Part shown: in pieces, positions 11,066-21,236 of the stretch
Layout: each line of letters starts with the position of its first letter
How positions within the stretch are numbered: position 1 is the stretch's first letter
Assembly (NCBI GenBank): GCA_963793665.1
Contig: CAWCBD010000013.1
Coordinates: 97,670 to 161,669 of the forward strand
Source of the DNA: an uncultured Paenibacillaceae bacterium
Lineage (GTDB): Bacteria; Bacillota; Bacilli; Paenibacillales; Paenibacillaceae
Length of the DNA stretch: 64,000 bases
Direction: 5' to 3'
Made by a program: the position numbers and the translations under genes
Notes under the pieces: model-generated
What the model was told of the DNA's origin: nothing
Seen by the model: only the letters and a program-made list of their open reading frames with translations
Databases searched by the model: none

Positions 11066-12280
11066 TTATTCATGTAATGAAAATTTAGCATGTAAGGCTT
11101 GTAGAGCTTTAGCCATGAAGGATTCTCTTACGAGCACCCAAATGGTCGTATTGGAATCCGCAGATTGAAGAATCGGAATCCCCTCTTCTGTTAGTGCCTC
11201 TACGATACGTGCCATAATTCCTGGAACGCCGTTCATTCCGCCACCGATAACGGATACTTTTGCGCAACCGCTTACGGCTTTTGGATAATAGCCGATCTGG
11301 TTCAGTACGGATACAGCTTGATCCGCATCAGAATCGAATACGGTATAAACTGCACCACCAGGGTTAACATTAATAAAATCAACACTAATATGATGAAGTG
11401 CCATAGCTTGAAACACCTGTAACTGCATATCGGAGTGACCATCTTGGGCATGCACCGTGATTTGGGTAATGCCGCTTACATGAGCAACCCCAGTGACATA
11501 ACGGTCACGGACTATTGCAGCTTGCTCTGCATCAAGAATGTCTGTAACAAGTGTCCCTTCGTCTTCTGAGAAGGTAGAACGAACTCGAAGCGGTATACGT
11601 GCTTGCTGTGCAATTTCGACAGCTCTTGGATGAATAACTTTGGCGCCTTGTCTAGCCATATTACAAATCTCTGCATACCCTACAACAGACAACGGTCGTG
11701 CATCCTTAACAATTCTAGGATCAGCAGTAAGAATACCGTTAACATCGGTATAAATATCAATGCGTTCCGCTCGAAGTGCTGCACCAAGCGCTGTAGCTGA
11801 TGTGTCGCTTCCACCTCTGCCTAGTGTCGTCAGATCTCCGGTATCCGTTACACCTTGAAACCCGGTTACAATGACAACTTGACCTTCCTGCAATGCCTTA
11901 TGAATAACTTCCGTACGTATTTCAAGAATTCGCGCCCTGCCGAATTGACCATCCGTAATAATCCCGGCACCTCCGCCTGTTAAAGCAATGGCGGGTATGG
12001 AATGCGAACGTAATATGCTGCATAACACTGTAGCAGCAATCATCTCTCCACACCCAAGGAGCATATCTCGCTCACGTGGTGAAAGAGCATCGCCCTGACT
12101 GCGAATAAGTGACAATAAAGTATCCGTTGCATAGGGGTCGCCTTTACGCCCCATAGCAGAGACGACAACGACGAGAGATAACTGTCGTTGTCGTTCTCTT
12201 TGAATATGTCCCAGCACATACCCTCTCGCCTCATCGGTAGAAAGTGATGTGCCTCCGAATTTTTGTACGAGGATGCCCAT
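11066..12280 (-). CDS. dapG: Aspartokinase I
   Basis: VQKFGGTS, VVVSAMGRKGDPYATDTLL, TLGRGGSDTSA, TDVNGILTADPR, C-terminal ACT domains; asd-dapG-dapA synteny. Confidence 0.95.
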   Translation of the reverse strand: MGILVQKFGGTSLSTDEARGYVLGHIQRERQRQLSLVVVVSAMGRKGDPYATDTLLSLIRSQGDALSPRERDMLLGCGEMIAATVLCSILRSHSIPAIALTGGGAGIITDGQFGRARILEIRTEVIHKALQEGQVVIVTGFQGVTDTGDLTTLGRGGSDTSATALGAALRAERIDIYTDVNGILTADPRIVKDARPLSVVGYAEICNMARQGAKVIHPRAVEIAQQARIPLRVRSTFSEDEGTLVTDILDAEQAAIVRDRYVTGVAHVSGITQITVHAQDGHSDMQLQVFQAMALHHISVDFINVNPGGAVYTVFDSDADQAVSVLNQIGYYPKAVSGCAKVSVIGGGMNGVPGIMARIVEALTEEGIPILQSADSNTTIWVLVRESFMAKALQALHAKFSLHE

Positions 12281-12358
12281 AGTCAAACCTCCGTATCCGA
12301 TAGTAAGACGTCGTTCGGACCGTAAACTGGTTGACGAAGCTGCTCAAGTAGGAATGAT

Positions 12359-13397
12359 CTAGCGCTCGATAGCGATATATTCAGCGATTTGCACAGCGTT
12401 CCAAGCTGCGCCTTTTAGCAGATTATCGGATACGACCCACAGGTTAAGACCGCGTGAGGAACCTAGATCGCGGCGCAATCTTCCAACGAATACTTCCGGC
12501 TTGCCAGCTGCATCCGTTGCTAACGGGTAGCGCTGACCTGCAGGATCGTCTACGAGCACAATGCCCGGAGCATTCTCTAGAAGCGTCTTGACGTCTTCAA
12601 GATCGATAATCATTTTTAAGTTCAACATATACAGATTCTGAATGGCCATAAACGACTGGAATACGTACACATGTAGCCGTTACGTCAATCGACTCATCAC
12701 CCATAATTTTCTTCGTTTCATTCACCATTTTCATCTCTTCCAACGTATAGCCGTTCTCTTGAAATTTATCAATTTGCGGTATCGCATTAAAAGCGATTTG
12801 ATGCTTCACTGGGAGTGAGCCAACAGGCAAAATTTCAGGGTTTACATCATTACCATCAAGAACTTCGCGCGTTTGACGAAGAAGCTCATCAATGGCTCGG
12901 CTGCCTGCGCCAGATACAGCTTGGTAAGTAGATACGATGATACGGGAAATTCCATAACGATCCTGCAGCGGTTTAAGCGCTGCAACCATTTGGATGGTCG
13001 AGCAATTCGGGTTTGCAATAATCCCTTTATGTTCGTTTACTTTTTCGATATTTACTTCTGGAACGATTAGCGGCGTATCTGGATCCATACGGTATGCGTT
13101 TGTGTTATCGATACATACAGCTCCATGTTCGACCGCATGAGGAGCAAGTGCCTTTGTAACATCTCCACCGGCACTGAACAACGCAATTTCTACCCCTTTA
13201 AAGCTATCCGGTGTCGCTTCCTCAACCGTATACTCTTTGCCCTTGAACACAATTTTAGTTCCGGCAGAACGTGCCGATGACAGCAGCTTCAGTTCTGCAA
13301 TCGGAAAGTTTCTTTTCTCAAGCAGACCTATGATTTGTTCTCCTACTGCGCCTGTTGCCCCAACTACTGCAACGTTAAATAATTTCTGATTCGACAT
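12359..13397 (-). CDS. asd: Aspartate-semialdehyde dehydrogenase; one indel near 12605
   Basis: VAVVGATGAVG, ANPNCSTIQM, STYQAVSGAG, CVRIPVVYGHSE, SDNLLKGAAWNAVQIAE across ORFs 12597..13397 and 12359..12670. Confidence 0.95.
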
Positions 13398-13490
13398 TAT
13401 GTCTGGCTCCCCTCGAAAGAAACTTATATGTTAAGGATAGATTACTCCATGTATATACGGAATCGAAAAAGCTACTACTTTTATACTCTT

Positions 13491-14078
13491 TTAATGTCGT
13501 TCGATTAAGAGCGGCTGAAGTTGTTTTCCTAGTAGAGCAGCCTCACAGGCTTCCGGTACTAAATCCATTTTGGCTACCAGCGAATTTGGCTTCTGCACCG
13601 GATTATCCTGTCCGAACGGGACAAAATAAACATTCTTGCAGACCAGTAATTTTGCAATATTCGCTGCATTCAAGCCAAGTCCATCATTCGTTGAAATGGC
13701 AAGCACAAGTGGACGCTGATTGCGCATTTGCGATTTTGCAGCCATAAGAACTGGACTATCTGTCATTGCGTTAGCAAGTTTACTTGTAGTGTTACCTGTA
13801 CATGGAGCAATAACTAAGACATCTAATAGCTTTGAAGGTCCTAGCGGTTCCGCGTCGACGATTGTCGAAATAATATTATTACCTGTTATTGTTCGAAGTT
13901 CCCGCTGCCATTCTTCCGATGAACCGAACCTGGTGTCCGTCATCATAATCGTCTGAGTAACGATTGGAACCACATTAGCTCCTTCGTCAACAAACCGTTG
14001 AATAACTGGCATGACTTCCGCAAACGTGCAGTGAGATCCGGAGAGCGCATAGCCCACCGTTTTTCCTTGCCATTTCAT
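13491..14078 (-). CDS. spoVFB: Dipicolinate synthase subunit B
   Basis: GYALSGSHCT, AEPLGP, IAPCTGNTTSKLANAMTDSPVLMAAK, STNDGLG, VPFGQDNP..KPNSLVA. Confidence 0.95.
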   Translation of the reverse strand: MKWQGKTVGYALSGSHCTFAEVMPVIQRFVDEGANVVPIVTQTIMMTDTRFGSSEEWQRELRTITGNNIISTIVDAEPLGPSKLLDVLVIAPCTGNTTSKLANAMTDSPVLMAAKSQMRNQRPLVLAISTNDGLGLNAANIAKLLVCKNVYFVPFGQDNPVQKPNSLVAKMDLVPEACEAALLGKQLQPLLIERH

Positions 14079-14974
14079 TGCCCATTCCCCCGTTGCCTGG
14101 AATCTTCCATAATCAACCGACTTAAACAATCCGCAATGATACGTCCAGCGGTTTTGGGTGCGACGATTCCTGGTAGACCGGGGGCGAGCAACGCTTTAAT
14201 TCCCCGCTTCTCAGCAAAGCGAAAATCCGTTCCGCCCGGCTTAGAAGCGAGGTCAATAATGACCGCTCGCGAAGGCAAATTTGCGATAATTTGCGCTGTG
14301 ACTATCATAGTCGGAATTGTATTAAAAAGCAAGTCAATATTAACCACACGCTGCTGTAATGCATGGATAAAAAACGGCTCAAAACTCATCTCATGCGCTC
14401 TTGCAAAATGCTCCTCTCGCCTTACGCCAACCATCACTTTGGCACCCAAACCCTGCAAGGAACGAGCCAGTGTAAATCCAGTTCGGCCAATTCCGAGAAC
14501 CATACACGATGAGCCGTGAATGGTAATATCCGTATTCTGAATCGCCATCATTATGGCACCTTCAGCTGTTGGAATCGAGTTATAAATAGCTACATCATCC
14601 CGGTCAAACAACTCTACAAGCCGAATATTATGCGTATTGCAAAGCTCTCGTAGATAGGGTTTGGCCATTCCTGTATAGATGATACAATGTTTAGGCAATC
14701 GTGCGATATGCCCATCGGTTAGAATGAGCTCCCGATCACTGAAAACCGCAATTATTTTACCATCGTCATCTGTTCCAACCGCCGGAAGTATAAGTGCATC
14801 AGCACTATCGAACAATTCCCCGCCCATTTCAGCTTTAACCGCTCCGTCAAGCGGAGTATGCAGCTGATCAAAACCAGCGACCGTTACTTGTGCATCGAGC
14901 TCGGTCAGCTTACGGATAACCTCGAGTTGTCGAGCGTCACCACCGAGAAGCACGACCTGAACCCCTGTCAACAT
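14075..14974 (-). CDS. spoVFA: Dipicolinate synthase subunit A
   Basis: MLTGVQVVLLGGDARQLEVI, AIYNSIPTAEGA, IDLASKPGGTDF, APGLPGIVAPKTAG; ATG at 14974 after AAAGGAGTG. Confidence 0.95.
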   Translation of the reverse strand: MLTGVQVVLLGGDARQLEVIRKLTELDAQVTVAGFDQLHTPLDGAVKAEMGGELFDSADALILPAVGTDDDGKIIAVFSDRELILTDGHIARLPKHCIIYTGMAKPYLRELCNTHNIRLVELFDRDDVAIYNSIPTAEGAIMMAIQNTDITIHGSSCMVLGIGRTGFTLARSLQGLGAKVMVGVRREEHFARAHEMSFEPFFIHALQQRVVNIDLLFNTIPTMIVTAQIIANLPSRAVIIDLASKPGGTDFRFAEKRGIKALLAPGLPGIVAPKTAGRIIADCLSRLIMEDSRQRGNGQ

Positions 14975-14992
14975 GGAAATCACTCCTTTCAC

Positions 14993-15180
14993 ACTGCAAC
15001 CGTTAGATAGCAGGTTTTTGCTATCGCGGTTGTCAGTAACTGCAGCCGTTAGATAGCAGGTTTTCGCTGCCCTCGGTTGTCAGTAACTGCAACCGTTAGA
15101 TAGCAGGTTTTCGCTGCCCTCGGTTGTCAGTAACTGCAGCCGTTAGAGCAGGTTTTCGCTGCCGCATAAACAGTGACTGC
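14993..15180. repeat. Tandem array of four 43-47 bp units, each an imperfect hairpin
   Basis: Units start at 14993, 15039, 15086 and 15133; consensus ACTGCARCCGTTAGATAGCAGGTTTTCGCTGCCCTCGGTTGTCAGTA; the fourth unit is degenerate; no spacers between units. Confidence 0.95.
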
Positions 15181-15239
15181 TGGCGTTTGTCACCTTGGGA
15201 CATAGTGATTGGTTAAATGCACCCATTCTTGATATACAT

Positions 15240-15268
15240 CATCTTATGCATCCGCCCAAGGCGGGGTG
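15240..15268 (-). promoter_or_regulatory. SigK-type promoter of spoVFA-spoVFB
   Basis: Minus strand AC-N17-CATAagaTG, matching the SigK consensus; spoVF is SigK-dependent in B. subtilis. Confidence 0.65.
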
Positions 15269-15330
15269 AAAGAAGAAATGCATCCCATTTTGCTAGAAGA
15301 GATCTTTTTGCAGGGGATTTCAAATACGGC

Positions 15331-15372
15331 ATAAAAAAAATAACCATTTGAGTATGGCTCAAATGGTTATTT
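15331..15372 (-). terminator. Intrinsic terminator after dut
   Basis: AAATAACCATTTGAG-N5-CTCAAATGGTTATTT perfect stem with a T8 tract on the minus strand. Confidence 0.85.
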
Positions 15373-15402
15373 GCGAGTTATAAAACTTATAGAACGAATC
15401 GA

Positions 15403-15846
15403 TTATACACCTGTATGACCGAATCCGCCCGCACCGCGAACAGTTTCCGGAAGCTCATCGACTTCAGATATCACGATTGTCGGTACAACCTGGAAAACCA
15501 TCTGAGCAATTCTCTCTCCGCGTTCGATCGTAAATGGCTCTTGGCCAAGATTAATAAGAAGCACTTTAACTTCTCCGCGGTAATCCGCATCTATAGTTCC
15601 TGGCGAGTTCAAACAAGTGATACCGTGCTTGTATGCAAGTCCGCTGCGCGGACGTATTTGCGCTTCCAGGTCCGCTGGCATAGCCATCGAGAACCCTGTC
15701 GGTATTAGCTTACGTTCACCCGGCGATAAAACTACCGGCTCAGATACCGCAGCATGAAGATCAAATCCAGCCGCTAGTTCTGACATTTTAACTGGCAGCT
15801 GAACATCTTCATTACCCGGCAGCCGTTTAAATAACACTTGATACAA
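15403..15846 (-). CDS. dut: Trimeric dUTPase
   Basis: All five motifs: [41 protein letters not shown]; TTG start after GGAGG. Confidence 0.95.
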   Translation of the reverse strand: MYQVLFKRLPGNEDVQLPVKMSELAAGFDLHAAVSEPVVLSPGERKLIPTGFSMAMPADLEAQIRPRSGLAYKHGITCLNSPGTIDADYRGEVKVLLINLGQEPFTIERGERIAQMVFQVVPTIVISEVDELPETVRGAGGFGHTGV

Positions 15847-17092
15847 GACTATCCCTCCTAATAACTGCAGCTGCTTTATCATTAGTCCCAACCATAGCAA
15901 CCGCAAAAGGAACGGAAAGCATCTGTTTGGTCACGTCCCTGATGTCACTCATTTGGACCGAATCAATTCGAGCAAGCATTTCGTCGAGTGTAAAGTGACG
16001 GCCGAGCATAAGTTCGTTCTTGCCCATACGGTTCATCCGGCTGCTCGTGCTTTCCAAACTCAAAATCAAGCTGCCCTTCAACTGCTCCTTACCACGATGA
16101 AGCTCCTCATCTGATAAGCCTTTTGCCGCTAAATCGTTCATCATCTCCAGCGTCAATTCCATTACTTCCTTCGTTTGCTTCGGGGCTGTACCGGCATAGA
16201 TCGTAAATAAACCGCTGTCAGCATATGAAGTATGATAGGAATATACCGAATAAGCAAGGCCGCGCTTCTCACGTATTTCTTGAAATAAACGTGAGCTCAT
16301 CCCGCCACCGAGCGCATTGTTAAGGAGAATCATAGCATACAGCTTTGAATCCGCGATTGAACTGCCTGGGAAAGATAAGCAAATATGATTTTGTTCGGAC
16401 TTTTTCTTATGAAACAGGTACTGCCCACTAAATCCAGGTGCGGAGACTGATGATTCTGTCCCCTTATTACTGAAGCTGCCAAAATATTTCTCTAACAGCT
16501 CAAGCAAGGGACCTTCTTCTACATGACCAGCCACGCTGATAACCGTATTATCAATTCGATAATGGTTTTCCATATAGCCTCTTAATGTTTCGCTGTTCAT
16601 TGCTGCTAGTCGTTCCTCAAGACCAAGAATCGAATAAGCTAGTGGATGATCGCCATAAGCCGCCCGTGATGCTTCATCATGAACTTTATCATCAGGTGTA
16701 TCTTCATACATCGAAATTTCTTCTAGAATAACATTTTTTTCTTTGTTTAATTCCGTTTCATCTAATTGCGATTCAAAGAACATATCCGCTAAAGCGTCGA
16801 CCGCGATCGGTAAATGCTGATCCAACACTTTTGCAAAATAACAGGTATATTCTTTTGCCGTAAATGCATTGACATTACCACCGATACCATCAAAAAGATC
16901 AGCGATGTCTTTGGCGCTCCGACGAGCTGTGCCTTTGAATAACATGTGCTCAATAAAATGAGAAATGCCGTTGTTATCAGGTGTTTCATTCCTCGAGCCC
17001 GTTTTTACCCATATACCAAACGCAACCGAACGGAATGTCGGGATGTACTCCACTACAACGCGCAAACCGTTGCTTAGCGTATAGTTATTCAC
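15827..17092 (-). CDS. mlpA: M16 family zinc protease MlpA/YmxG
   Basis: [14 protein letters not shown] (HxxEH), [33 protein letters not shown]; GTG start after GGAGG; pnp-ylxY-mlpA synteny. Confidence 0.88.
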   Translation of the reverse strand: MNNYTLSNGLRVVVEYIPTFRSVAFGIWVKTGSRNETPDNNGISHFIEHMLFKGTARRSAKDIADLFDGIGGNVNAFTAKEYTCYFAKVLDQHLPIAVDALADMFFESQLDETELNKEKNVILEEISMYEDTPDDKVHDEASRAAYGDHPLAYSILGLEERLAAMNSETLRGYMENHYRIDNTVISVAGHVEEGPLLELLEKYFGSFSNKGTESSVSAPGFSGQYLFHKKKSEQNHICLSFPGSSIADSKLYAMILLNNALGGGMSSRLFQEIREKRGLAYSVYSYHTSYADSGLFTIYAGTAPKQTKEVMELTLEMMNDLAAKGLSDEELHRGKEQLKGSLILSLESTSSRMNRMGKNELMLGRHFTLDEMLARIDSVQMSDIRDVTKQMLSVPFAVAMVGTNDKAAAVIRRDSLVSSVI

Positions 17093-17135
17093 AGCATTTC
17101 CTCCTAAAACTTTCTTGGATTCAACTATAACAAAA

Positions 17136-18128
17136 TTACGGTCCCGCCTCAACTAACGTAACCCTCTTCGAGGATAAGGTATCACTTACCGTGCTGAGCA
17201 TAAGCCCTTTCTGTTTAATTGCAGCAATCATTCCCGGCAGCGCCGCACTAGATGAATCCGTAGGATGCATCAGGATTAATGAACCAGGTTCAACTTGTAA
17301 CCGGATTTTACGGACAATAGATGAAGCAGGCGGATGGCGCCAATCCACCGTATCAAGTGTCCACAATACCGTCTTTAACCCCTGCTCGGCTGCTACGTTA
17401 ATCGTCGTCTGATTAAAATCTCCTGAGGGCGGGGCGAACCAATGATTTTTCACTTGTAGTGTAGATTGAAGCAGTGCCTCTGTCTTTGCTATTTGGTTAT
17501 AGGCCGATTGGCGGTCCAGTCTGCTCATATCAGGATGAGAGTATGCATGATTGGAGATTTCATGACCGGCAGCCTGGATCATTCTGGCAATGTCCGTGTT
17601 TTTCTTCAACCAGGACCCATCCAGAAAAAATGTTGCTTTCACATTTTCCTTCTCCAATGTGTTTAAGATCGGCTTAATAAACTCATTTCCCCATGCCACA
17701 TTAATCATTAGGGAAACCATTGGCTTTTTAGGGTTACCTTTATAAATCGGCTGCTTTCCCAACTGTTCTAAGCTCACTTTAGGCCATATTTCCTTATAAA
17801 CATAACGAATCGGTGCATCCTCAGTTGCATCTTTCATTAACCGGTACGTCTGTTCAACATCTACTTCCAAACCATTGTAGCCGGGTATTGCTTTCCATAT
17901 ACGATCAAGTGCTGCATCTACCGGTGCGATCCGTTTCTTAATGGCTTCTGCCTTAATGACCTCCAAAAGCTTTTGATTCTCTGTATGGTCAACATTAAAT
18001 AAGAACGCGCTCGTTGCACCGCTTTGTTTCACAGTAAATATGTAGGCAGACAAATTATTATTCAGCCGCACGGTCAGAAGCAGTGCGCTCATGAGGACAG
18101 CCATCACGATTACTTTCTTCCATTTCAT
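17136..18128 (-). CDS. ylxY: Sporulation polysaccharide deacetylase-family protein YlxY
   Basis: N-terminal TM, IWKAIPGYNG, INVAWGNE, ATFFLDG, NHAYSHP, FAPPSG, WTLDTVDW, ILMHPT. Confidence 0.88.
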   Translation of the reverse strand: MKWKKVIVMAVLMSALLLTVRLNNNLSAYIFTVKQSGATSAFLFNVDHTENQKLLEVIKAEAIKKRIAPVDAALDRIWKAIPGYNGLEVDVEQTYRLMKDATEDAPIRYVYKEIWPKVSLEQLGKQPIYKGNPKKPMVSLMINVAWGNEFIKPILNTLEKENVKATFFLDGSWLKKNTDIARMIQAAGHEISNHAYSHPDMSRLDRQSAYNQIAKTEALLQSTLQVKNHWFAPPSGDFNQTTINVAAEQGLKTVLWTLDTVDWRHPPASSIVRKIRLQVEPGSLILMHPTDSSSAALPGMIAAIKQKGLMLSTVSDTLSSKRVTLVEAGP

Positions 18129-18151
18129 TGCCTCGTCCCACCCTTCTCTTC

Positions 18152-18180
18152 ATCATATTAAGAGCAGGTCCACATTATGA
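18152..18180 (-). promoter_or_regulatory. Possible SigE-type promoter of ylxY
   Basis: Minus strand TCATAAT-N14-AATATGAT, an imperfect match to the SigE consensus. Confidence 0.4.
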
Positions 18181-18214
18181 GAAGGATAGGGCAACGACTG
18201 CGAATTATAACAGA

Positions 18215-18247
18215 ACAAAAAGAGACAGATGCGAGATCTGGCTCTTA
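18215..18247 (-). terminator. Probable intrinsic terminator after pnp
   Basis: Minus strand AAGAGCCAGAT-loop-ATCTGTCTCTT followed by TTTGTT. Confidence 0.65.
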
Positions 18248-18287
18248 CTCGTTACTTTATGTGTGTACGAATCCATCATTATTAAAA

Positions 18288-20393
18288 CTAGGATTGTGCA
18301 GGCACTTCCAAAACGGCTTTGCGTGATAAATTAATACGTCCTTGTTGATCGATTTCAGTAACCTTAACGGTAATTTGATCTCCGATTTTAAGAACGTCTT
18401 CCACTTTTGCTACACGCTCTGTGGAAACTTGCGAAATATGGACCAACCCGTCCTTATTCGGCAGAATTTCAACAAAACAGCCGAATTTCTCAATCCGTTT
18501 AACCGTTCCAAGGTATATTTCGCCGACAACAACTTCACGAACGATACCTTCGATGATTTGCTTAGCTCGTTCATTCGCTTCCGCATTCGAAGAGGCAATG
18601 AATACTGTTCCGTCTTGCTCGATATCAATTTTCACGCCGGTTTCATCAATAATTTTGTTGATGATTTTACCGCCGGCTCCAATAACATCACGAATTTTAT
18701 CCGGATTAATCTTCATGATAACGATTTTCGGAGCATATTGGGACAATGCTTGTGCGTGGCTGCGACATGACTTCCGTCATTTTACCAAGTATGTGCAAAC
18801 GACCCTAACGTGCTTGCTCAAGCGATTCTTCCAAAATGGAACGGCTGATGCCATCAATTTTGATATCCATTTGAATGGCAGTAACACCTTCAGCGGTACC
18901 TGCTACTTTAAAGTCCATATCGCCAAGATGATCTTCCATTCCTTGAATATCGGACAGAATGGAGAAATGATCCCCATCTTTAATTAATCCCATCGCTATA
19001 CCAGCTACAGGAGCTTTAATTGGAACTCCAGCATCCATCATCGCAAGAGTGCTTGCGCATATACTTGCTTGTGATGTCGATCCATTGGATTCCAATACTT
19101 CCGATACAAGACGAATCGTATACGGGAATTCAGTTTCAGAAGGAATAACTTTAGATAAAGCTCGTTCACCAAGTGCTCCATGACCAATCTCACGACGACC
19201 TGGAGGACGAAGCGGACTTGCTTCCCCTACGCTAAACGGCGGGAAGTTATAATGATGCATGAAACGTTTCGTTTCCGTTAAGTCAATACCATCTAAAATT
19301 TGAACATCGCCAAGTGCTCCTAGTGTACAAACGCTTAGCGCTTGTGTTTGTCCACGTGTGAACAATCCTGAACCATGCGTTCTTGGCAGAAGAGAGACAT
19401 CGCATTCAATCGGACGAATTTCATCTCAGTGCTCGTCCATCTGGACGTACTTTATCATGCGTAATCAACCGTCGTACTTCTTCCTTGACGATATCATAAA
19501 GCACTTCTTTCACATCGCCAAGCCATTCAGGCGTTTCTGCATATTCCAGTTCAAAGTGAGCAATCGTTTCTGCATTTACAGCATCAATTGCATCTTGACG
19601 TGCATGCTTTTCTTGAATTCTTAATAGCTTCTACTAAGCTGGTTAGCAGCATAAGCGCGAACAGCAGCATTAACTTGTGCATCTGACGGCATGAAGCTTA
19701 ACTTCCATCTTCGGTTTGCCTGCAATTGCATGCGAGTTCTTCGATCGTTGCAACAATTTTCTTGATTTCATCATGACCGAACATAATCGCTTCAAGCATA
19801 ACTGCTTCAGGCACTTCATTGGCTTCTGCTTCTACCATCATGATCGCATCTTTCGTTCCGGCAACGACAACGTAAAGATCGCTTTTACTCTCTTGATCAA
19901 CAGTCGGATTAATGATGAATTGACCATCGATTCGACCAACGATAACGCCGCCAATCGGACCGTTAAATGGAACGATCAGAAATAGATAGATGCTGCTGAA
20001 GTACCAATCATAGCTGCGATTTCTGGCGTACAATCTTGATCAACACTCATTACGATATTCGCGATCTGTACATCATTACGGAACCCTTCAGGGAACAATG
20101 GACGAATAGGACGATCCGTTAAACGACTAGATAAAATCGCTTTCTCGCTTGGACGGCCTTCCCGTTTAATAAATCCACCTGGGATTTTACCAACTGCATA
20201 CAAACTTTCTTCATAGTTCACAGTAAGCGGGAAAAAATCCAAGATCCTTAGGTTCATTGGAAGATGTAACTGTACATAAAACGACAGTATCACCATATTG
20301 GACCGTTACTGCTGCATTAGCTTGTTTGGCAAGACGTCCTGTTTCCAGAACAAGCGGACGTCCGCCGAGTGTCATCTCAACACGATGCACCAT
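18288..20393 (-). CDS. pnp: Polyribonucleotide nucleotidyltransferase (PNPase); split by several indels
   Basis: Fragments give [65 protein letters not shown] ([10 protein letters not shown]) and S1 domains in order. Confidence 0.95.
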
Positions 20394-20723
20394 AGAATTC
20401 CTCCTTACTGCTGCCGAATGCCCGCCCATATTGAACGGTGCGGCTTGCAGTTTATTGTTTATTTTCCAAATGAACAGCTTCCATGGCAAATCCTGCTTTA
20501 ACGATCGTACAAGAAGAAACGGCGTCGCGAAGTGGAAACCGCTTATAACTGTGGCTGTTCTTAATTCCGGTGTAAGTCTCTACCCTCAGAAATATAAAAA
20601 AGTATGGTAAACGAATACTTTCTTATATTTTGAGACAAACCCCTTCCGAGGTCTTGTTATCTTCGAGCGACCGTGATAAGAGGTTTGTTGGTACACCTTT
20701 ATGTAATCAGTATCGACATATTT

Positions 20724-20788
20724 ATAAAAAGCAACCCGGTGCTGCCGAACCGGAATCCCGGACGGCTGGACAACCAGGTTGCTTTTAT
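20724..20788 (-). terminator. Long imperfect hairpin after rpsO, probable terminator with T runs on both strands
   Basis: ATAAAAAGCAACC...GGTTGCTTTTAT outer stem with inner GCCG/CGGC and CCGG/CCGG stems. Confidence 0.65.
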
Positions 20789-20798
20789 ACTGCATCTA

Positions 20799-21068
20799 CT
20801 ATCGGCGAAGGCCGAGTTTTTCGATCAATGCACTATAACGACTAACATCATTATTTTTCAAGTATGCTAGTAATTTACGACGTTGACCTACCATTTTGAG
20901 CAGACCGCGACGTGAATGATGATCCTTCTTATGCGTCCGCAAGTGATCAGTCAAATTGACGATGTTTTGCGTCAGGATAGCGACTTGAACTTCGGGTGAC
21001 CCCGTATCGTTCGCATGTTTTTTGTGCTCATCAATCAATTGATGTTTAAGTTCTTGTGTAATTGCCAT
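20799..21068 (-). CDS. rpsO: 30S ribosomal protein S15
   Basis: 89 aa MAITQE...[13 protein letters not shown]...[25 protein letters not shown]...LGLRR; AAGGAGGTGA RBS. Confidence 0.98.
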   Translation of the reverse strand: MAITQELKHQLIDEHKKHANDTGSPEVQVAILTQNIVNLTDHLRTHKKDHHSRRGLLKMVGQRRKLLAYLKNNDVSRYSALIEKLGLRR

Positions 21069-21084
21069 CCATGTCACCTCCTTC

Positions 21085-21150
21085 ATTATAATCGCCGTTA
21101 GCCTCGCCGCCGTCGGTGATATCGGACAGGCCAAGCTAAGGTTCGTGTTG
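21085..21150 (-). promoter_or_regulatory. Putative S15 autoregulatory leader RNA
   Basis: Minus strand AACCTTAGCTTGGC...CCGATATCACCGACGG...CGAGGCTAACGG forms nested stems just upstream of the rpsO RBS, like the Firmicutes S15 leader; recognised by eye only. Confidence 0.6.
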
Positions 21151-21194
21151 CCTATAAGGGATAGAAAATTCATTATCACTACGCAACGTATTAG

Positions 21195-21224
21195 AGTATA
21201 ACACAATCGCCTACAAGAAGTAAA
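21195..21224 (-). promoter_or_regulatory. SigA-type promoter of rpsO
   Basis: Minus strand TTTACT-N18-TATACT with an extended TG. Confidence 0.55.
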
Positions 21225-21236
21225 TGGAGCTTACAT

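Noticed and set aside
12281-13490. Lysine riboswitch in front of asd or dapG
   Set aside because: The spacers are only about 80-95 bp, too short, and no L-box motifs are visible.
14993-15180. CRISPR array
   Set aside because: The units abut with no unique spacers, they are 43-47 bp long, and there are no cas genes nearby.
14993-15180. Repeat-encoded leader peptide
   Set aside because: Unit lengths are not multiples of three and no ORF of 60 aa or more covers the array; a very short peptide cannot be excluded.
15403-15846. Prophage remnant suggested by the dUTPase
   Set aside because: There is no integrase, att site or phage gene, and the flanking core gene order is intact.
20480-20545. c-di-GMP-I (GEMM) riboswitch-like GGCAAA...GAAA...GCGAA on the + strand
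   Set aside because: Spacing and pairing do not fit the consensus, and it is antisense to pnp with no downstream gene.
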